NCBI GenBank assembly: GCA_963713705.1
Contig: CAVQMY010000024.1
Span: 746 to 64,745, forward strand
Source: an uncultured Verrucomicrobiae bacterium
Lineage (GTDB): Bacteria; Verrucomicrobiota; Verrucomicrobiia; Palsa-1439
Length of the DNA stretch: 64,000 nt
Direction of reading: 5' to 3'
The position numbers and the translations under genes were made by a program. Below the pieces are notes generated by a model. That model was not told where the DNA came from. It did no database searches and was given only the letters and a program-made list of their open reading frames with translations. Below, piece after piece: positions 34,708-44,673 of the stretch (positions within the stretch are counted from its first letter, which is position 1; the number at the start of each line of letters is the position of its first letter).

Positions 34708-35132
34708 TGATCGACAAGCCCAGCCCCATTGGTTTGGCGCTCGTGATCTGCGACCAGATCATCGAGGACAAGCTTACCAATAAGAAATCCCTGATCGGGG
34801 TCTTCAACCAGATCGGCGCGCAGACGTTTCCCGTGCCGTCATCCGCAAGTTTGCGTTTTCATCGCGCTCACCGATGGCCACGGACAATCCGCGGCGCGAC
34901 TGCGGATCGTACACGACGAGAGCGACCACGTGGTGGCGGAGGTGAATGGCCAGATCCAGTTTCCCGACGTTCACACCGTGGTCGAATTGAATTTTGGTCT
35001 TGGTGGGTCTCGCGTTTCCGGACCCGGTGCGTATGCCATCGAGTTTTATTGCGACGATGCGCTGGTGTTGGAACGCCGGTTCCACGTCTCCACATCAAAC
35101 CCCCGCAAGGCCCGCCCGCCGCGGAGATGTAG
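34707..35132 (+). CDS. Conserved hypothetical protein (DUF6941-like; several indels)
   Basis: ALVICDQIIED..TNKKSLIGVF...; later frame FP.PGAYAIEFYCD. Confidence 0.6.
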   Translation: MIDKPSPIGLALVICDQIIEDKLTNKKSLIGVFNQIGAQTFPVPSSASLRFHRAHRWPRTIRGATADRTRRERPRGGGGEWPDPVSRRSHRGRIEFWSWWVSRFRTRCVCHRVLLRRCAGVGTPVPRLHIKPPQGPPAAEM

Positions 35133-35227
35133 GGCGAAGGCACGCTGAGGACTTGCTGGCTCGTGGTTTCCCGCTTGTTGCACGCCGTTCGCGGTGTCAG
35201 CATGCATGGCCAAGGAAAGGGCTGGTT

Positions 35228-35902
35228 ATGACGATGAAAAGCAGGAGTGTTGTTCGTGTGGCCGGGCTGGTGTTGCTCGCCGCAAGCCTCCACGTCATTG
35301 TTTACGCGGCGGGACCTGTCGCCAATATCACTGCGGACGAGGCGCTGGCGCGGTTGAAGGCGGGGAACGAACGATTTGTCACGGGGCAGGTTATCCATCC
35401 CAATGCGGGTGCGGAGCGCCGCGCCGAGGTCGCCAAGGGACAGAAGCCGTACGCCATCGTGGTCGGTTGTTCCGACTCGCGGGTCGGGCCCGAGGTGGTG
35501 TTCGACCAAGGGCTGGGCGATCTGTTCGTGGTCCGCACAGCGGGCAACGTGGTGGATGATGTCGCGCTGGGGAGCATCGAGTACGCCGCCGAACATTTTG
35601 GCGTGCCGGTGATTTTCGTGCTGGGACACACGCGTTGCGGGGCGGTGGCGGCGGCGGTGGCCGGCGGCGAGGCGCCCGGGCACGTCGGGTCGGTCGTCGA
35701 GAAGATCAAGCCTGCGGTCGAGGAAACCAAAGGCAAGGAAGGCGACGCCGTGGACAACGCGGTCCGCGCCAACGTGCGCAATGTGGTCAATCAACTGCGC
35801 GGTGCCGGGCCGATTCTTTCGGGACTGGTCAAGTCCGGCAAGTTGCGAGTAGTGGGCGGGTGCTACGATTTGGACACGGGCCGGGTCGGGATGTTGGAGT
35901 AG
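35228..35902 (+). CDS. Beta-class carbonic anhydrase with signal peptide
   Basis: GCSDSRV, RTAGN, LGHTRCGA. Confidence 0.93.
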   Translation: MTMKSRSVVRVAGLVLLAASLHVIVYAAGPVANITADEALARLKAGNERFVTGQVIHPNAGAERRAEVAKGQKPYAIVVGCSDSRVGPEVVFDQGLGDLFVVRTAGNVVDDVALGSIEYAAEHFGVPVIFVLGHTRCGAVAAAVAGGEAPGHVGSVVEKIKPAVEETKGKEGDAVDNAVRANVRNVVNQLRGAGPILSGLVKSGKLRVVGGCYDLDTGRVGMLE

Positions 35903-35977
35903 AGGCCGGCAGCGCGGGTCGAAGCGGAAGGCACGCGGCCTACAGATTTCGAGCCGATGGCAAGCGGGCCGCTCGCC

Positions 35978-36289
35978 CTACAAGGTTTTCAGCAATTCCT
36001 CCAACTCTTCGCGGGGGGTGTCGTGGTGTTGGGCGATGGCGAGTTTTAGGGCGTGTTCGAGGGTGGGCTTGGCTTCGGGCGAACGGCCGAGGGCGATGAG
36101 TGATTTGCCGAGCTGGATGTGGACGACCATCCAATCTGGTTTCTTGTCGCACAGGGCGCGGAGATGTTCGATGGCGTTGGCGAACTCGTTCGCGTCGCAG
36201 TACGCCTGAGCGAGATTGAATCGGGACAAATCGTTGTCGGGGAAACGTTGCCAGAGGTCGCGGGCTTTGGCGATTCGGTCGTTGCTCAT
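35978..36289 (-). CDS. Small TPR protein
   Basis: Two TPR-like helical pairs. Confidence 0.75.
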   Translation of the reverse strand: MSNDRIAKARDLWQRFPDNDLSRFNLAQAYCDANEFANAIEHLRALCDKKPDWMVVHIQLGKSLIALGRSPEAKPTLEHALKLAIAQHHDTPREELEELLKTL

Positions 36290-36318
36290 CGTGGGTCTTC
36301 TAGCTAGGCTGGCGCGCC

Positions 36319-37062
36319 GTGGAAAGCAAATTCTACCAGGCCGACGAGCACCGCGCGGAGAAGGTGCAGAAGTTGTTTGCCACGATTGCGCGGCGGTACG
36401 ACCTGCTCAACGACATCATGAGCGCGGGGCTGCATCGGCGGTGGAAACGGCGGTTGGTGGAGTTGGCAGGCGGAAAGCGGAGAGCGAAGAGCGGAGAGCG
36501 GGAAGCTGACGGCGAGAAACGGATGCGGGTGCTCGATTTGTGCTGCGGGACGGGGGACATCGCGTTGGCGTTCGCGCGGGCGGGGGCGGATGTGACGGGC
36601 GCGGATTTTACGGAAGAGATGTTGCGCGTGGCGGAGGCGCGGACGGAGGCGGTGCGCTGGGTGCGGGCCGACGCGCTGGGGCTGCCGTTTCCCGACAACT
36701 CATTTGACGTGGTGAGCGTGGGATACGGGTTGCGGAACCTGGCGGACATCGAACGCGGGTTGCGCGAGATTTTGCGCGTGCTGAAGCCGGGCGGGAAATT
36801 CCTGTCGCTGGATTTTGGGAAACCGGAGTCGAAGCCGTTTCGGGCGCTGTATTTTGGTTATTTGCGGGTCGTGTTGCCGATTCTCGGACGCGTCTTCTGC
36901 GGCGATCCCGACACGCACGGGTATATCCTGGCGTCGCTGCAAAACTACCCGGCGCAACGGGGGATCCAAAAGCTGATGGAGACGTGCGGGTATCGGGAAT
37001 GCGGGTTCGAGGAATTTTGGTTGGGGTCGATGGCGATCAACTACGGCGCGAAGCCGGGGTGA
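36319..37062 (+). CDS. ubiE: UbiE/MenG quinone C-methyltransferase
   Basis: YDLLNDIMSAGLHRRWK, LDLCCGTGD, GYGLRN. Confidence 0.9.
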   Translation: MESKFYQADEHRAEKVQKLFATIARRYDLLNDIMSAGLHRRWKRRLVELAGGKRRAKSGEREADGEKRMRVLDLCCGTGDIALAFARAGADVTGADFTEEMLRVAEARTEAVRWVRADALGLPFPDNSFDVVSVGYGLRNLADIERGLREILRVLKPGGKFLSLDFGKPESKPFRALYFGYLRVVLPILGRVFCGDPDTHGYILASLQNYPAQRGIQKLMETCGYRECGFEEFWLGSMAINYGAKPG

Positions 37063-37124
37063 TGGTGGAGACCTGTCGGTCGATAGACACGGCGCGGTCA
37101 GGAGACCGGCGCCGAACGGCGAAT

Positions 37125-38168
37125 CTACGCCACGCCAACGCGGAACAGGGTTTTCTGTTTATACGTTTGGCCGGGACGCAGGATGACGGATGGGAAGTTC
37201 GGTTGGTTGACGGAATCGGGGAGATGCTGGGTTTCGAGGCAGAAGCCACTGTGCTGCGGGTAAGCGACGCCGTGTTTGCCGGTGATGGAGGCGTCGAGGA
37301 AATTCCCCGTATACAATTGGACGCCCGGCTCGGTCGTGTGCACCTCGAGGACACGGCCCGATTGCGGATCGCGCACGCGGGCGGCAAGCTTGATTTCATT
37401 TCCGTTTCCGTCCAGCACAAACGTGTGATCGTAGCCGACGGGGTCGCCTTTGACCTGGTTGATGCGTTGGCCGATCGGGGTGGGCCTGGTAAAATCCATG
37501 GGCGTGCCCGTGACGGGTTTGATTTCGCCGGTGGGAATCAGCGTGTCGTTCACGGGGACGAACCGCATGGAGGGAATCATCACCTCGTGGCCGAGGATGG
37601 TCCCCGAGCCAGCGAGATTGAAGTAGGTGTGATTGGTCAGGTTGACCGGCGTGGGTTTGTCGGTCGTGGCGGTGTAGTCGATGACGAGTTCGTTGTCATC
37701 CGTGAGCGTGTAGACAACCGCGACGTTGAGGTTGCCGGGATAACCTTCTTCGCCATCGGGACTCTGGCGGGTGAATTTGACGGACGGGTTTTTGCCGTCA
37801 GCCGCTTCAGCCTGCCACCAGGCCTTGTCGAAACCTTTGTTTCCGCCATGCAAATGATGGGGACCGTTGTTGGTGGCGAGGCGGTATTCTCGGCCGTCCA
37901 GATGGAAGCGTCCGTAGGCGATGCGGTTGGTGCAGCGTCCGACGATGCAACCGAAATAGGGGCTGTTGCGCTGGACGTAACCGTCGAGGTTATCGAAGCC
38001 GAGGGTGATGTCGCCGGGGTGGCCGTCGCGGTCGGGGGCTTCCAGGGAGACGAGAGTCGCGCCGTAGTTCATCACGGAAGCGGCCACGCCGTGTTGGTTG
38101 CTGAGGGAGAACAAGGTGACGACGGAATGATCGGGGAGTTTCCCGAATGACTTTGTGCGCAGGCTCAT
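37125..38168 (-). CDS. galM: Aldose 1-epimerase
   Basis: HLHGG, NLTNHTYFNL, FCLETQ. Confidence 0.95.
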   Translation of the reverse strand: MSLRTKSFGKLPDHSVVTLFSLSNQHGVAASVMNYGATLVSLEAPDRDGHPGDITLGFDNLDGYVQRNSPYFGCIVGRCTNRIAYGRFHLDGREYRLATNNGPHHLHGGNKGFDKAWWQAEAADGKNPSVKFTRQSPDGEEGYPGNLNVAVVYTLTDDNELVIDYTATTDKPTPVNLTNHTYFNLAGSGTILGHEVMIPSMRFVPVNDTLIPTGEIKPVTGTPMDFTRPTPIGQRINQVKGDPVGYDHTFVLDGNGNEIKLAARVRDPQSGRVLEVHTTEPGVQLYTGNFLDASITGKHGVAYPQHSGFCLETQHLPDSVNQPNFPSVILRPGQTYKQKTLFRVGVA

Positions 38169-39403
38169 ATTCCTTTCCCGACGGTCACGCCATCGACGAG
38201 ACTACAGACGTGGACGGCATATTTGTCGGCGAGATGAGGATAGCGGGGCGGATACTGAGTGTCCACGGCGATCTTGAGGGCATCAACGCTCTCGGGGCGC
38301 ACGAGCGCACCCGCCGCGCCCTTGTCGCCGCCGCCGAGCATGCGTTCGCCGAGCACGCCGGGGACGGTGCGGGCGATCTCGCACATCGTTTCCAATTCGG
38401 GGCCGGAAATCTGGTAATCGTCGCGCAACCCGATGCCATCCTCACGAAAGATCGCCCCGACGGTCTCGATGTCGCCGGATTTCCACGCGTCGAGCATCCT
38501 GCCGAAGCGCTGCTGCGCGTGAAAAATGTATTTCAGGCGCGCGCAAAGATGGGGATGCGACGCACCGTATCGCGCGGTCACGCGGTTGTACAGGTGTTGG
38601 TCCCGAATATCAGCGAGATGGGAGAAGCCGAATTCCTTGCCGGCGAGGGCGACGAGTTCCTCGCATTCGGCGCGGCGAATCCGGTACGTGGATTTTTCCA
38701 AGCCGGGCCGCACGGTGCCGGTATCAAGACTGACGAAGCGAAAATCGACGGTGGGACGACCGAGGGGCACGTGACGGACGACGCCGTCGGCCGGATTGTA
38801 ATGGGTGCCCATGCCGGCACGGGCGAAATAGATCATGAGCGGGTCAAGTTTTCCGCAAGGCGAGCCGATGTAGTCGTTTTCGACGGCCTGCGCCATGTCG
38901 ACGATTTTCATGCCGTCGGGGAGGGGGATGGTATTAGCATCGAGGAACGTGAGCAACAGGTTGATGTTAAGGGATGCGGAGCGGGACATGCCGCCGCCGG
39001 GGATGTTGCCGAAGAGGACGGCATCGAAGCCGCGGGTCAATCGGAATCCTTCCCGGCGCAGGATGAAGTCGACTCCGAACGGAAAGCGCGCCCAAGTGTC
39101 GGCGATGGCCGTGGACCTGGGCGGCGGGACGTTGCCGAGTTGGAAGTCGACGATGCCGTCGCGCGGAAAGTTGGCGCTGAAGAGGCGGACACGATTGGTG
39201 TCATTTGGTTTGCCGGCGAGCCAGAGGAAACGGTCGGTACCGACGCCAAAGAGCGCGGTGTCGTTGTAGTCGCCGTGTTCGATACCGAGACAGAATCGCG
39301 ACGACGTCTGCCGAACCGTCCCGCCCCGGACATCAAGACTGGTGTCCGCGGCGGCGCGGGCGAGAATTTCTCGCGCGTGGAGGTCGGAGTCGTGATCGTT
39401 CAT
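38165..39403 (-). CDS. galK: Galactokinase-like GHMP kinase
   Basis: GIEHGDYN, IPGGGMSRSAS, GERMLGGGDKG; overlaps galM. Confidence 0.75.
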   Translation of the reverse strand: MNDHDSDLHAREILARAAADTSLDVRGGTVRQTSSRFCLGIEHGDYNDTALFGVGTDRFLWLAGKPNDTNRVRLFSANFPRDGIVDFQLGNVPPPRSTAIADTWARFPFGVDFILRREGFRLTRGFDAVLFGNIPGGGMSRSASLNINLLLTFLDANTIPLPDGMKIVDMAQAVENDYIGSPCGKLDPLMIYFARAGMGTHYNPADGVVRHVPLGRPTVDFRFVSLDTGTVRPGLEKSTYRIRRAECEELVALAGKEFGFSHLADIRDQHLYNRVTARYGASHPHLCARLKYIFHAQQRFGRMLDAWKSGDIETVGAIFREDGIGLRDDYQISGPELETMCEIARTVPGVLGERMLGGGDKGAAGALVRPESVDALKIAVDTQYPPRYPHLADKYAVHVCSLVDGVTVGKGI

Positions 39404-39602
39404 CCTGTGCCTGACGAACGCGCAGGTTATCACAAGCGCCGCACGATGGTCGAGCGCTCGGACGAGAATGGGGCATTCGAGGTTTTTTGCTTGATGAATG
39501 GGGATGCGCGGAGCGAAGATGGCGGTCGAGATTGTTTTTCTAGTTTGACGAGAAGTGTGCCGTGAAAGAAGCATTTTGACTGGAGGATTTTGCGTGAAAG
39601 CG

Positions 39603-40469
39603 ATGAGACTCCCGAGAAGCGTTGGTTTGATCTTGCTGGGTTTGCTGATGGCGGGTTGTCCTGAGTCAAAGCAAGAAGCGGATACCGCGGTGGAAGCGCG
39701 GAAGGTGGGAGAGGGAGCAAAGGTTGTGATCCGGGGATCCAACACGATCGGGGAAGAGTTGGGGCCGCGGCTCATTGCCGAATACAAGAAGAACCATCCC
39801 GCCGCCGATTTCGACCTGGCACCCAAGGCGACCGGATATGGCATGGCGGCGTTGATCGCGGGACAATGTGACATCGCCGGGGCATCTCGACTGCCGATCT
39901 CCGAGGAACAGGAGTTGGCGAGTATGCGCGGCATCGAGCTGGCTGATCACGTCGTCGGCGCGTACGGCGTGGCGGTGGTGGAAAACGCCAGCAACCCGGT
40001 CGGGAACCTGACGACGAGTCAGGTCCGCGATATCTTCACGGGAGTCATCCAGAATTGGAAGGACATGGGTGGGCCCGATGCCCCGATTCACTTGTACGTT
40101 CGCGATCCAGTTTCCGGCACGTATCTGGGCTTTCGCGAACTGGCCATGGAAAACAAGCCTTACGGCCACGCGCAAATGCTGTTTACCAATTATGCGGCCA
40201 TCGTGCAGGCTGTTGGTGAAGATCCGAGCGGGATTGGTTATTCAAGCCTGGGCCTTGCCAAGGGAAGTGGGGTCAAGGCGGTCTCCATTGGCGGAGTGGA
40301 GCCAAGCTTCGATGCCGTGAACAATCACAAGTATCCGTATGCGCGCGCCCTGCACCTGTATACCAATCGGAACCAGGAAGCGCCCACAGCACACGACTTC
40401 ATCCTGTTCGTGGTATCGCCCCACGGCCAGGAAATCGTCCAGCAAATGGGCTTCGTGCCGCGTTCCTGA
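39603..40469 (+). CDS. pstS: PstS-family phosphate-binding lipoprotein
   Basis: Lipobox LMAGC; IRGSNT, DIAGASR, RDPVSGT, IGYSS. Confidence 0.85.
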   Translation: MRLPRSVGLILLGLLMAGCPESKQEADTAVEARKVGEGAKVVIRGSNTIGEELGPRLIAEYKKNHPAADFDLAPKATGYGMAALIAGQCDIAGASRLPISEEQELASMRGIELADHVVGAYGVAVVENASNPVGNLTTSQVRDIFTGVIQNWKDMGGPDAPIHLYVRDPVSGTYLGFRELAMENKPYGHAQMLFTNYAAIVQAVGEDPSGIGYSSLGLAKGSGVKAVSIGGVEPSFDAVNNHKYPYARALHLYTNRNQEAPTAHDFILFVVSPHGQEIVQQMGFVPRS

Positions 40470-40507
40470 TACGTTTCGGCGCAGCGATCCAACCCATTCA
40501 GCCGGAT

Positions 40508-40738
40508 TTATCCTGTCCTCGACACGGTGGCGATGAGGAACTGAGTGACGGACCACAGAAAATCGTAATCGAGGATGTGCAGCATGTCGGTGGCCTGATG
40601 GTAGTGGTGATTGCGGAACTCCGAGGTATCGGTCCACATCACGGCAGGAATGCCGGCCTTCCGAAACGGTGCGTGATCGCTCTGCAGGAGCACCGGCAGG
40701 AGTTGCTCGATACCGACGTAGACCTTGAGACTCCGCAC
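40508..40738 (-). pseudogene. C-terminal fragment of an M28 peptidase
   Basis: SDHAPF..AGIPA...TDT..FRN.HYH...D; the N-terminal part is absent. Confidence 0.7.
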
Positions 40739-40763
40739 CGGTGCTGCGGCTTGGGCCGTTATT

Positions 40764-41507
40764 TTATTCTGCGGCAGGAGGGCTGGGCGCCTGCCAGACC
40801 ACGCCCATGAAGTATTTCAACGGAATGAACGCGGCACCGGGCAGGGCTGCCGCATAGACGTCGCGAAACCGGGCCCGGGAAGGGATCTGGTCGCTGTTCA
40901 CATGATCGAGCCAGTGGCGCGACGAGTAAAATCGGAAAATCCGCCAGGCGGAACGAGGCCCGTGTCGGAACAGATTCGGCGCGAATTTCAGACAGGCTTT
41001 GGCGGTCGACGTACAGGCATTGCGAGGAATCAGGGGCCAACGGCAGGCGTTGTCGATCAGGATGAGTCGGCCACGTGGTTCGAGGGAAGCTTTCAGTGTG
41101 CGCAAGGTTTCCGAAACATCCTCCAGATGGTGGAAGGTGGTGTGGCTGACGATGCAGTCGAACGTTTGGTTCAGTGCGAGGTGGTTCGCATCTTCACGCC
41201 GATAGTCAATGTTTGGGGCGGCCCGTCGAGCGCGGGCAATGGCGAGCATGGGTTCCGAGATATCGATGGCCACGACGGAAGCAAAATGACGGGAAAGTTC
41301 GTGCGCCAGAATGCCGGTTCCGCAACCGACATCGAGGATCCGCTGGTGACGTTCGGGAAGATGGTTCAGAAAGAACGCGGAACTTCGCTCCCATGTGGCG
41401 ACAAAATCGTATTCTTCGGCCATATGGTCGAAGGAGCGGGGGTTATAGATTTTCGGGCCAGCGGCCTGCCCGGAGGCTGATGTGTTGGCGGAGGATTGTG
41501 TGAGCAT
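40764..41507 (-). CDS. Class I SAM-dependent methyltransferase
   Basis: ILDVGCGTG, AIDIS, FDCIVS. Confidence 0.88.
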   Translation of the reverse strand: MLTQSSANTSASGQAAGPKIYNPRSFDHMAEEYDFVATWERSSAFFLNHLPERHQRILDVGCGTGILAHELSRHFASVVAIDISEPMLAIARARRAAPNIDYRREDANHLALNQTFDCIVSHTTFHHLEDVSETLRTLKASLEPRGRLILIDNACRWPLIPRNACTSTAKACLKFAPNLFRHGPRSAWRIFRFYSSRHWLDHVNSDQIPSRARFRDVYAAALPGAAFIPLKYFMGVVWQAPSPPAAE

Positions 41508-41674
41508 GGTCGCTGGCCGATGGTAGGATGGAGGATGGCTGGACGCGACTGAATTCGCGCACGCGGTGCCGCCGGCGGCTTGACCCGGGCGATGCCGGGC
41601 ACTAGTGTTAGTGCGATTCGCGGGAGAAACACGGGCGGGATTCGGGGTCAGTGTCGGCGCCCACAGTCGCGAAC

Positions 41675-41764
41675 GGAGAGGTGGCAGAGTGGTCGAATGC
41701 GGCGGTCTTGAAAACCGTTAGACGCGCAAGCGTCTCGGGGGTTCGAATCCCTCCCTCTCCGCCA
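41675..41764 (+). tRNA. tRNA-Ser (TGA)
   Basis: GGAGAGG...CCTCTCCGCCA, anticodon loop CTTGAAA, long variable arm, GTTCGAATCC. Confidence 0.97.
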
Positions 41765-42026
41765 ATTCAGTTTTGCTAGGAAAATCGCTGTTTTTGTCGC
41801 AGGGCGGCCAAAGTCATAAACGAAAGTCATAAAACGTCATTCGCATTCGCCCTTGTCCGCTGGCGTTTAAGAGCGGTTGCGGTGAGGTCTGACGAAAGGC
41901 GTTGCCGGGGGCGTAGCAGTGGCGCGGATCGCCAGCAGTAGGAGATTTCCCCATTCAGGTTGTCCGCAAGAATGCCCTATGTCGCGCACAGGACGCCCGC
42001 CAACTCGGTGGCCCTTCCGTTGGCCA

Positions 42027-42260
42027 TCACGACACATCAGCTTCCATTTGAGCGGTCAGGTAGTCGCGGACAGATTGCAGGTGGATCAAACGGCAGCCAG
42101 TTTTCGCACCGGGTTTTCTCAGGCAAACAGATTTGACCTTGCCGCTATTGATGAGTTGGTAGGTGAAGCCACGTTTCAGCCCGAACAACCGTTGAACGTC
42201 CGCGAGCCGTCCGAACTCAGGAAGTACCGCGCCGCAACTACCGGGCGCAATCGGTGCCAC
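42027..42260 (-). CDS. Excisionase/AlpA-like HTH protein (island remnant)
   Basis: RLADVQRLFGLKRGFTYQLINSGKVKS...RLIHLQSVRDYL, close to the tRNA 3' end. Confidence 0.65.
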   Translation of the reverse strand: MAPIAPGSCGAVLPEFGRLADVQRLFGLKRGFTYQLINSGKVKSVCLRKPGAKTGCRLIHLQSVRDYLTAQMEADVS

Positions 42261-42289
42261 GGTGGTTTCCGCGCCCGTGGTGCGCGCTG

Positions 42290-43100
42290 GTGTTGGTTGG
42301 TTGTTCAGCCCGTTTACCCGGGTGCAGAAGACCCTCTATTGTTTTGGATACTTCGCGCTGTTCGAGTACTGCTTGATCGCGCGGGAATACGTCTGGATCG
42401 TGCTGTTGCTATTCAGTTTGTGCGCCGTGCGCGAGCGGCGAAAGGACAGCTTCGTTGCCCAAGCGGTCATCCTGTTCCTGCTCTCCAACATCAACGCGTT
42501 GGCGACGATCATCGCCTTCTCGTTTGTCGCGGCGGCCGCGTTGGAGCACATTCGTCGCCGAGACGTGGGAAAGTTGTGGGCCACGCGGAAACGAGCATTG
42601 ATCCTGAGTGGCGTGATTCTGTGCGCGGCCCTGATCGGCGACGCGGTTCAGTCGATCAAGCCGCCCAAAGACGCGACGGCCTTCCAAAGTTGGCCGCGCC
42701 ACATGAGCGGCTCAACTTTTGTCGTAGCGCTCTGCGACGTGTGGCGCGGCTATGTCCCGATCCCCATGAAATTCCCTCATTTGCTGACGCAGGTTGGGGG
42801 ATCGCCTCATTTTCGGCAGCTGAGGTGGGGATCGAATTTCCTGTTGGATCCTGCACCTCAAAACCTGGCATTGGGTGCGACCTTGTCTGTCGGCTTGCTG
42901 GCGCTGTCGGCTTGGACGCTTCGGCGGAGCCCGATGGCCGTGGCGTGGTACTTGTTCGGGACCGGCCTGATGCTGTTGTTTCATTTCGTGATCTCCGAGG
43001 CCTCGGTGCGGCATGACGGCCTTTATTTTATCCTGTACCTTGCGTGCTTATGGTGCAGGTTCACAACGGGTGACGGCCAGAAGCTGCGGTCATCCTCAGC
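42290..43100 (+). pseudogene. Internal fragment of a polytopic membrane protein
   Basis: FSPF...GYF.LFEY..IAR.Y motif; no evident N-terminus; runs into the antisense strand of the next gene. Boundaries are approximate. Confidence 0.6.
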
Positions 43101-44438
43101 AACTCTACCCGATTGCGCCAAGGCATTCCCGAGGTTGTTGTGGGCCACCCAATTGCCGCGGGTCACATCCAGAGCATGCCGAAACAGTGTCTCAGAGTCC
43201 CTCCAGTACCCGACCTGAACCCTGGACAACGCCGCACAAACTGCAACCACTGCTGCCGCAGCGACCCGGGCAATCGCTTTCAGATCCCACCGCTCCATCA
43301 CGCGGGACGGCACGCTCCAGCACAGCATGATGAACAACCCGATCAACGGCAGATACGTAAACCGGTCCGCCATGGACTGGCTCCCGACCTGCACCAATCC
43401 AATCACCGGCACCGATACCCCGATAAACCAGAACCACCCCACGACCAGATGCGGTTTGCGCAGCGCTTTCCGAATCACCACGCCCGACACCGCCACCAAG
43501 ATCGCGCCCGCCGCAATCACCGCCCCCGTCGGCCACGCCCGATGCGGATAAAAAACCGCCAGTCCACTCGGCCACACGGCCTTCTCCATGTACCGCACAT
43601 ACGACACCGCCGCGTTGGCGATCCGCAGCCCCACCGGCAGCCGCTCCAACGAACTGATCGCTCCTCCCCTGTGCTGCGCCCAGATGGTCACGCCAGATGA
43701 CACCGCCGCCAGCGCAAACAACGGAACCTTCTCCCAGACCAACTCACCGAAGCGCAACGGAGCGTTGTTACCGACAACTGACCGCCTCCACCGCGTCCTC
43801 CCCAGCGGCCAATAATCCAGCAGCAGCAGCACACACGGCAGCGTGACCACCATCGGCTTGGCCATCAATCCCATCGCGTACCATCCCACCACCACCGCAT
43901 ACTGCCCCCGCGTCGGCCGCTCCACATACCGCACGTACCCCCACATCGCCAGCATCCAGAACAACCCGCTCAACACATCCTTGCGCTCCGCCACCCACGC
44001 CACCGACTCCACATGCAGCGGATGCACCCCGAACAACGCGGCCACGCACGCGCTCCGCCACGTCGCGCCTGTCATCCGCCGCAACACCAAGAACAACAGC
44101 AGCGTATTGGCTACGTGCAACAACACGTTCACCGCATGATGTCCGCCCGCGTTCATCCCGAAGCATTCGCAGTCCAACGCGTGCGACAGCCACGTCAATG
44201 GATGCTAGTATCCTGCGCGAACTGCGGTGAACGCCCACACCACGTCCGGAGCCGTCAATCCCCCCAAGACATGCGGGTTCGCAGTCACATACGCATCGTC
44301 ATCGAAGTTGACAAACCCGGCCTGCCTCAGCGGCCAGTACACGGCGGCGATCAACACCGCCAGACACACGCAGATCAAGATGGCCTGCTGCCGTTGACGA
44401 GGTGCACTCATTGGGTCGGCTGGCTTCTTCGTGCTCAC
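43100..44438 (-). pseudogene. TMTC-like membrane/TPR protein with internal amber codon and truncated TPR tail
   Basis: FVNFDD; GY*HPLTWLSH (TAG at 44205-44207 where W is expected); HPLHVESVAW.AERKD; breaks off inside the first TPR. Confidence 0.75.
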
Positions 44439-44673
44439 GATGTCAGTCTACCGCCAACGAAAGAGTGTTGACAATCCTGAGGGACGCAACGAGGCGGCCC
44501 GCGGCTACGGTTGGCAGGCAGGCGAGGGATGGTACCCGCTGATGGTTCGGTTCGCAGGGAGGCGGGGCGCGCGGTAAGCGGCAGCTGTCGGCCGCTCGCG
44601 GAGCGTTCTCAATTGCGTGTGGGCGGGGCGTGTGGTTGGATTTGGGGGAAGCGGACGGATAGCCCTGAATTGC

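Noticed and set aside
39603-40738. pstS without pstCAB, next to an M28 fragment
   Set aside because: Orphan pstS paralogs and small gene remnants are common, and no system is evident.
44205-44207. In-frame TAG considered as pyrrolysine or stop-codon recoding
   Set aside because: TAG is used as a normal stop in many genes here, and this gene is also truncated.
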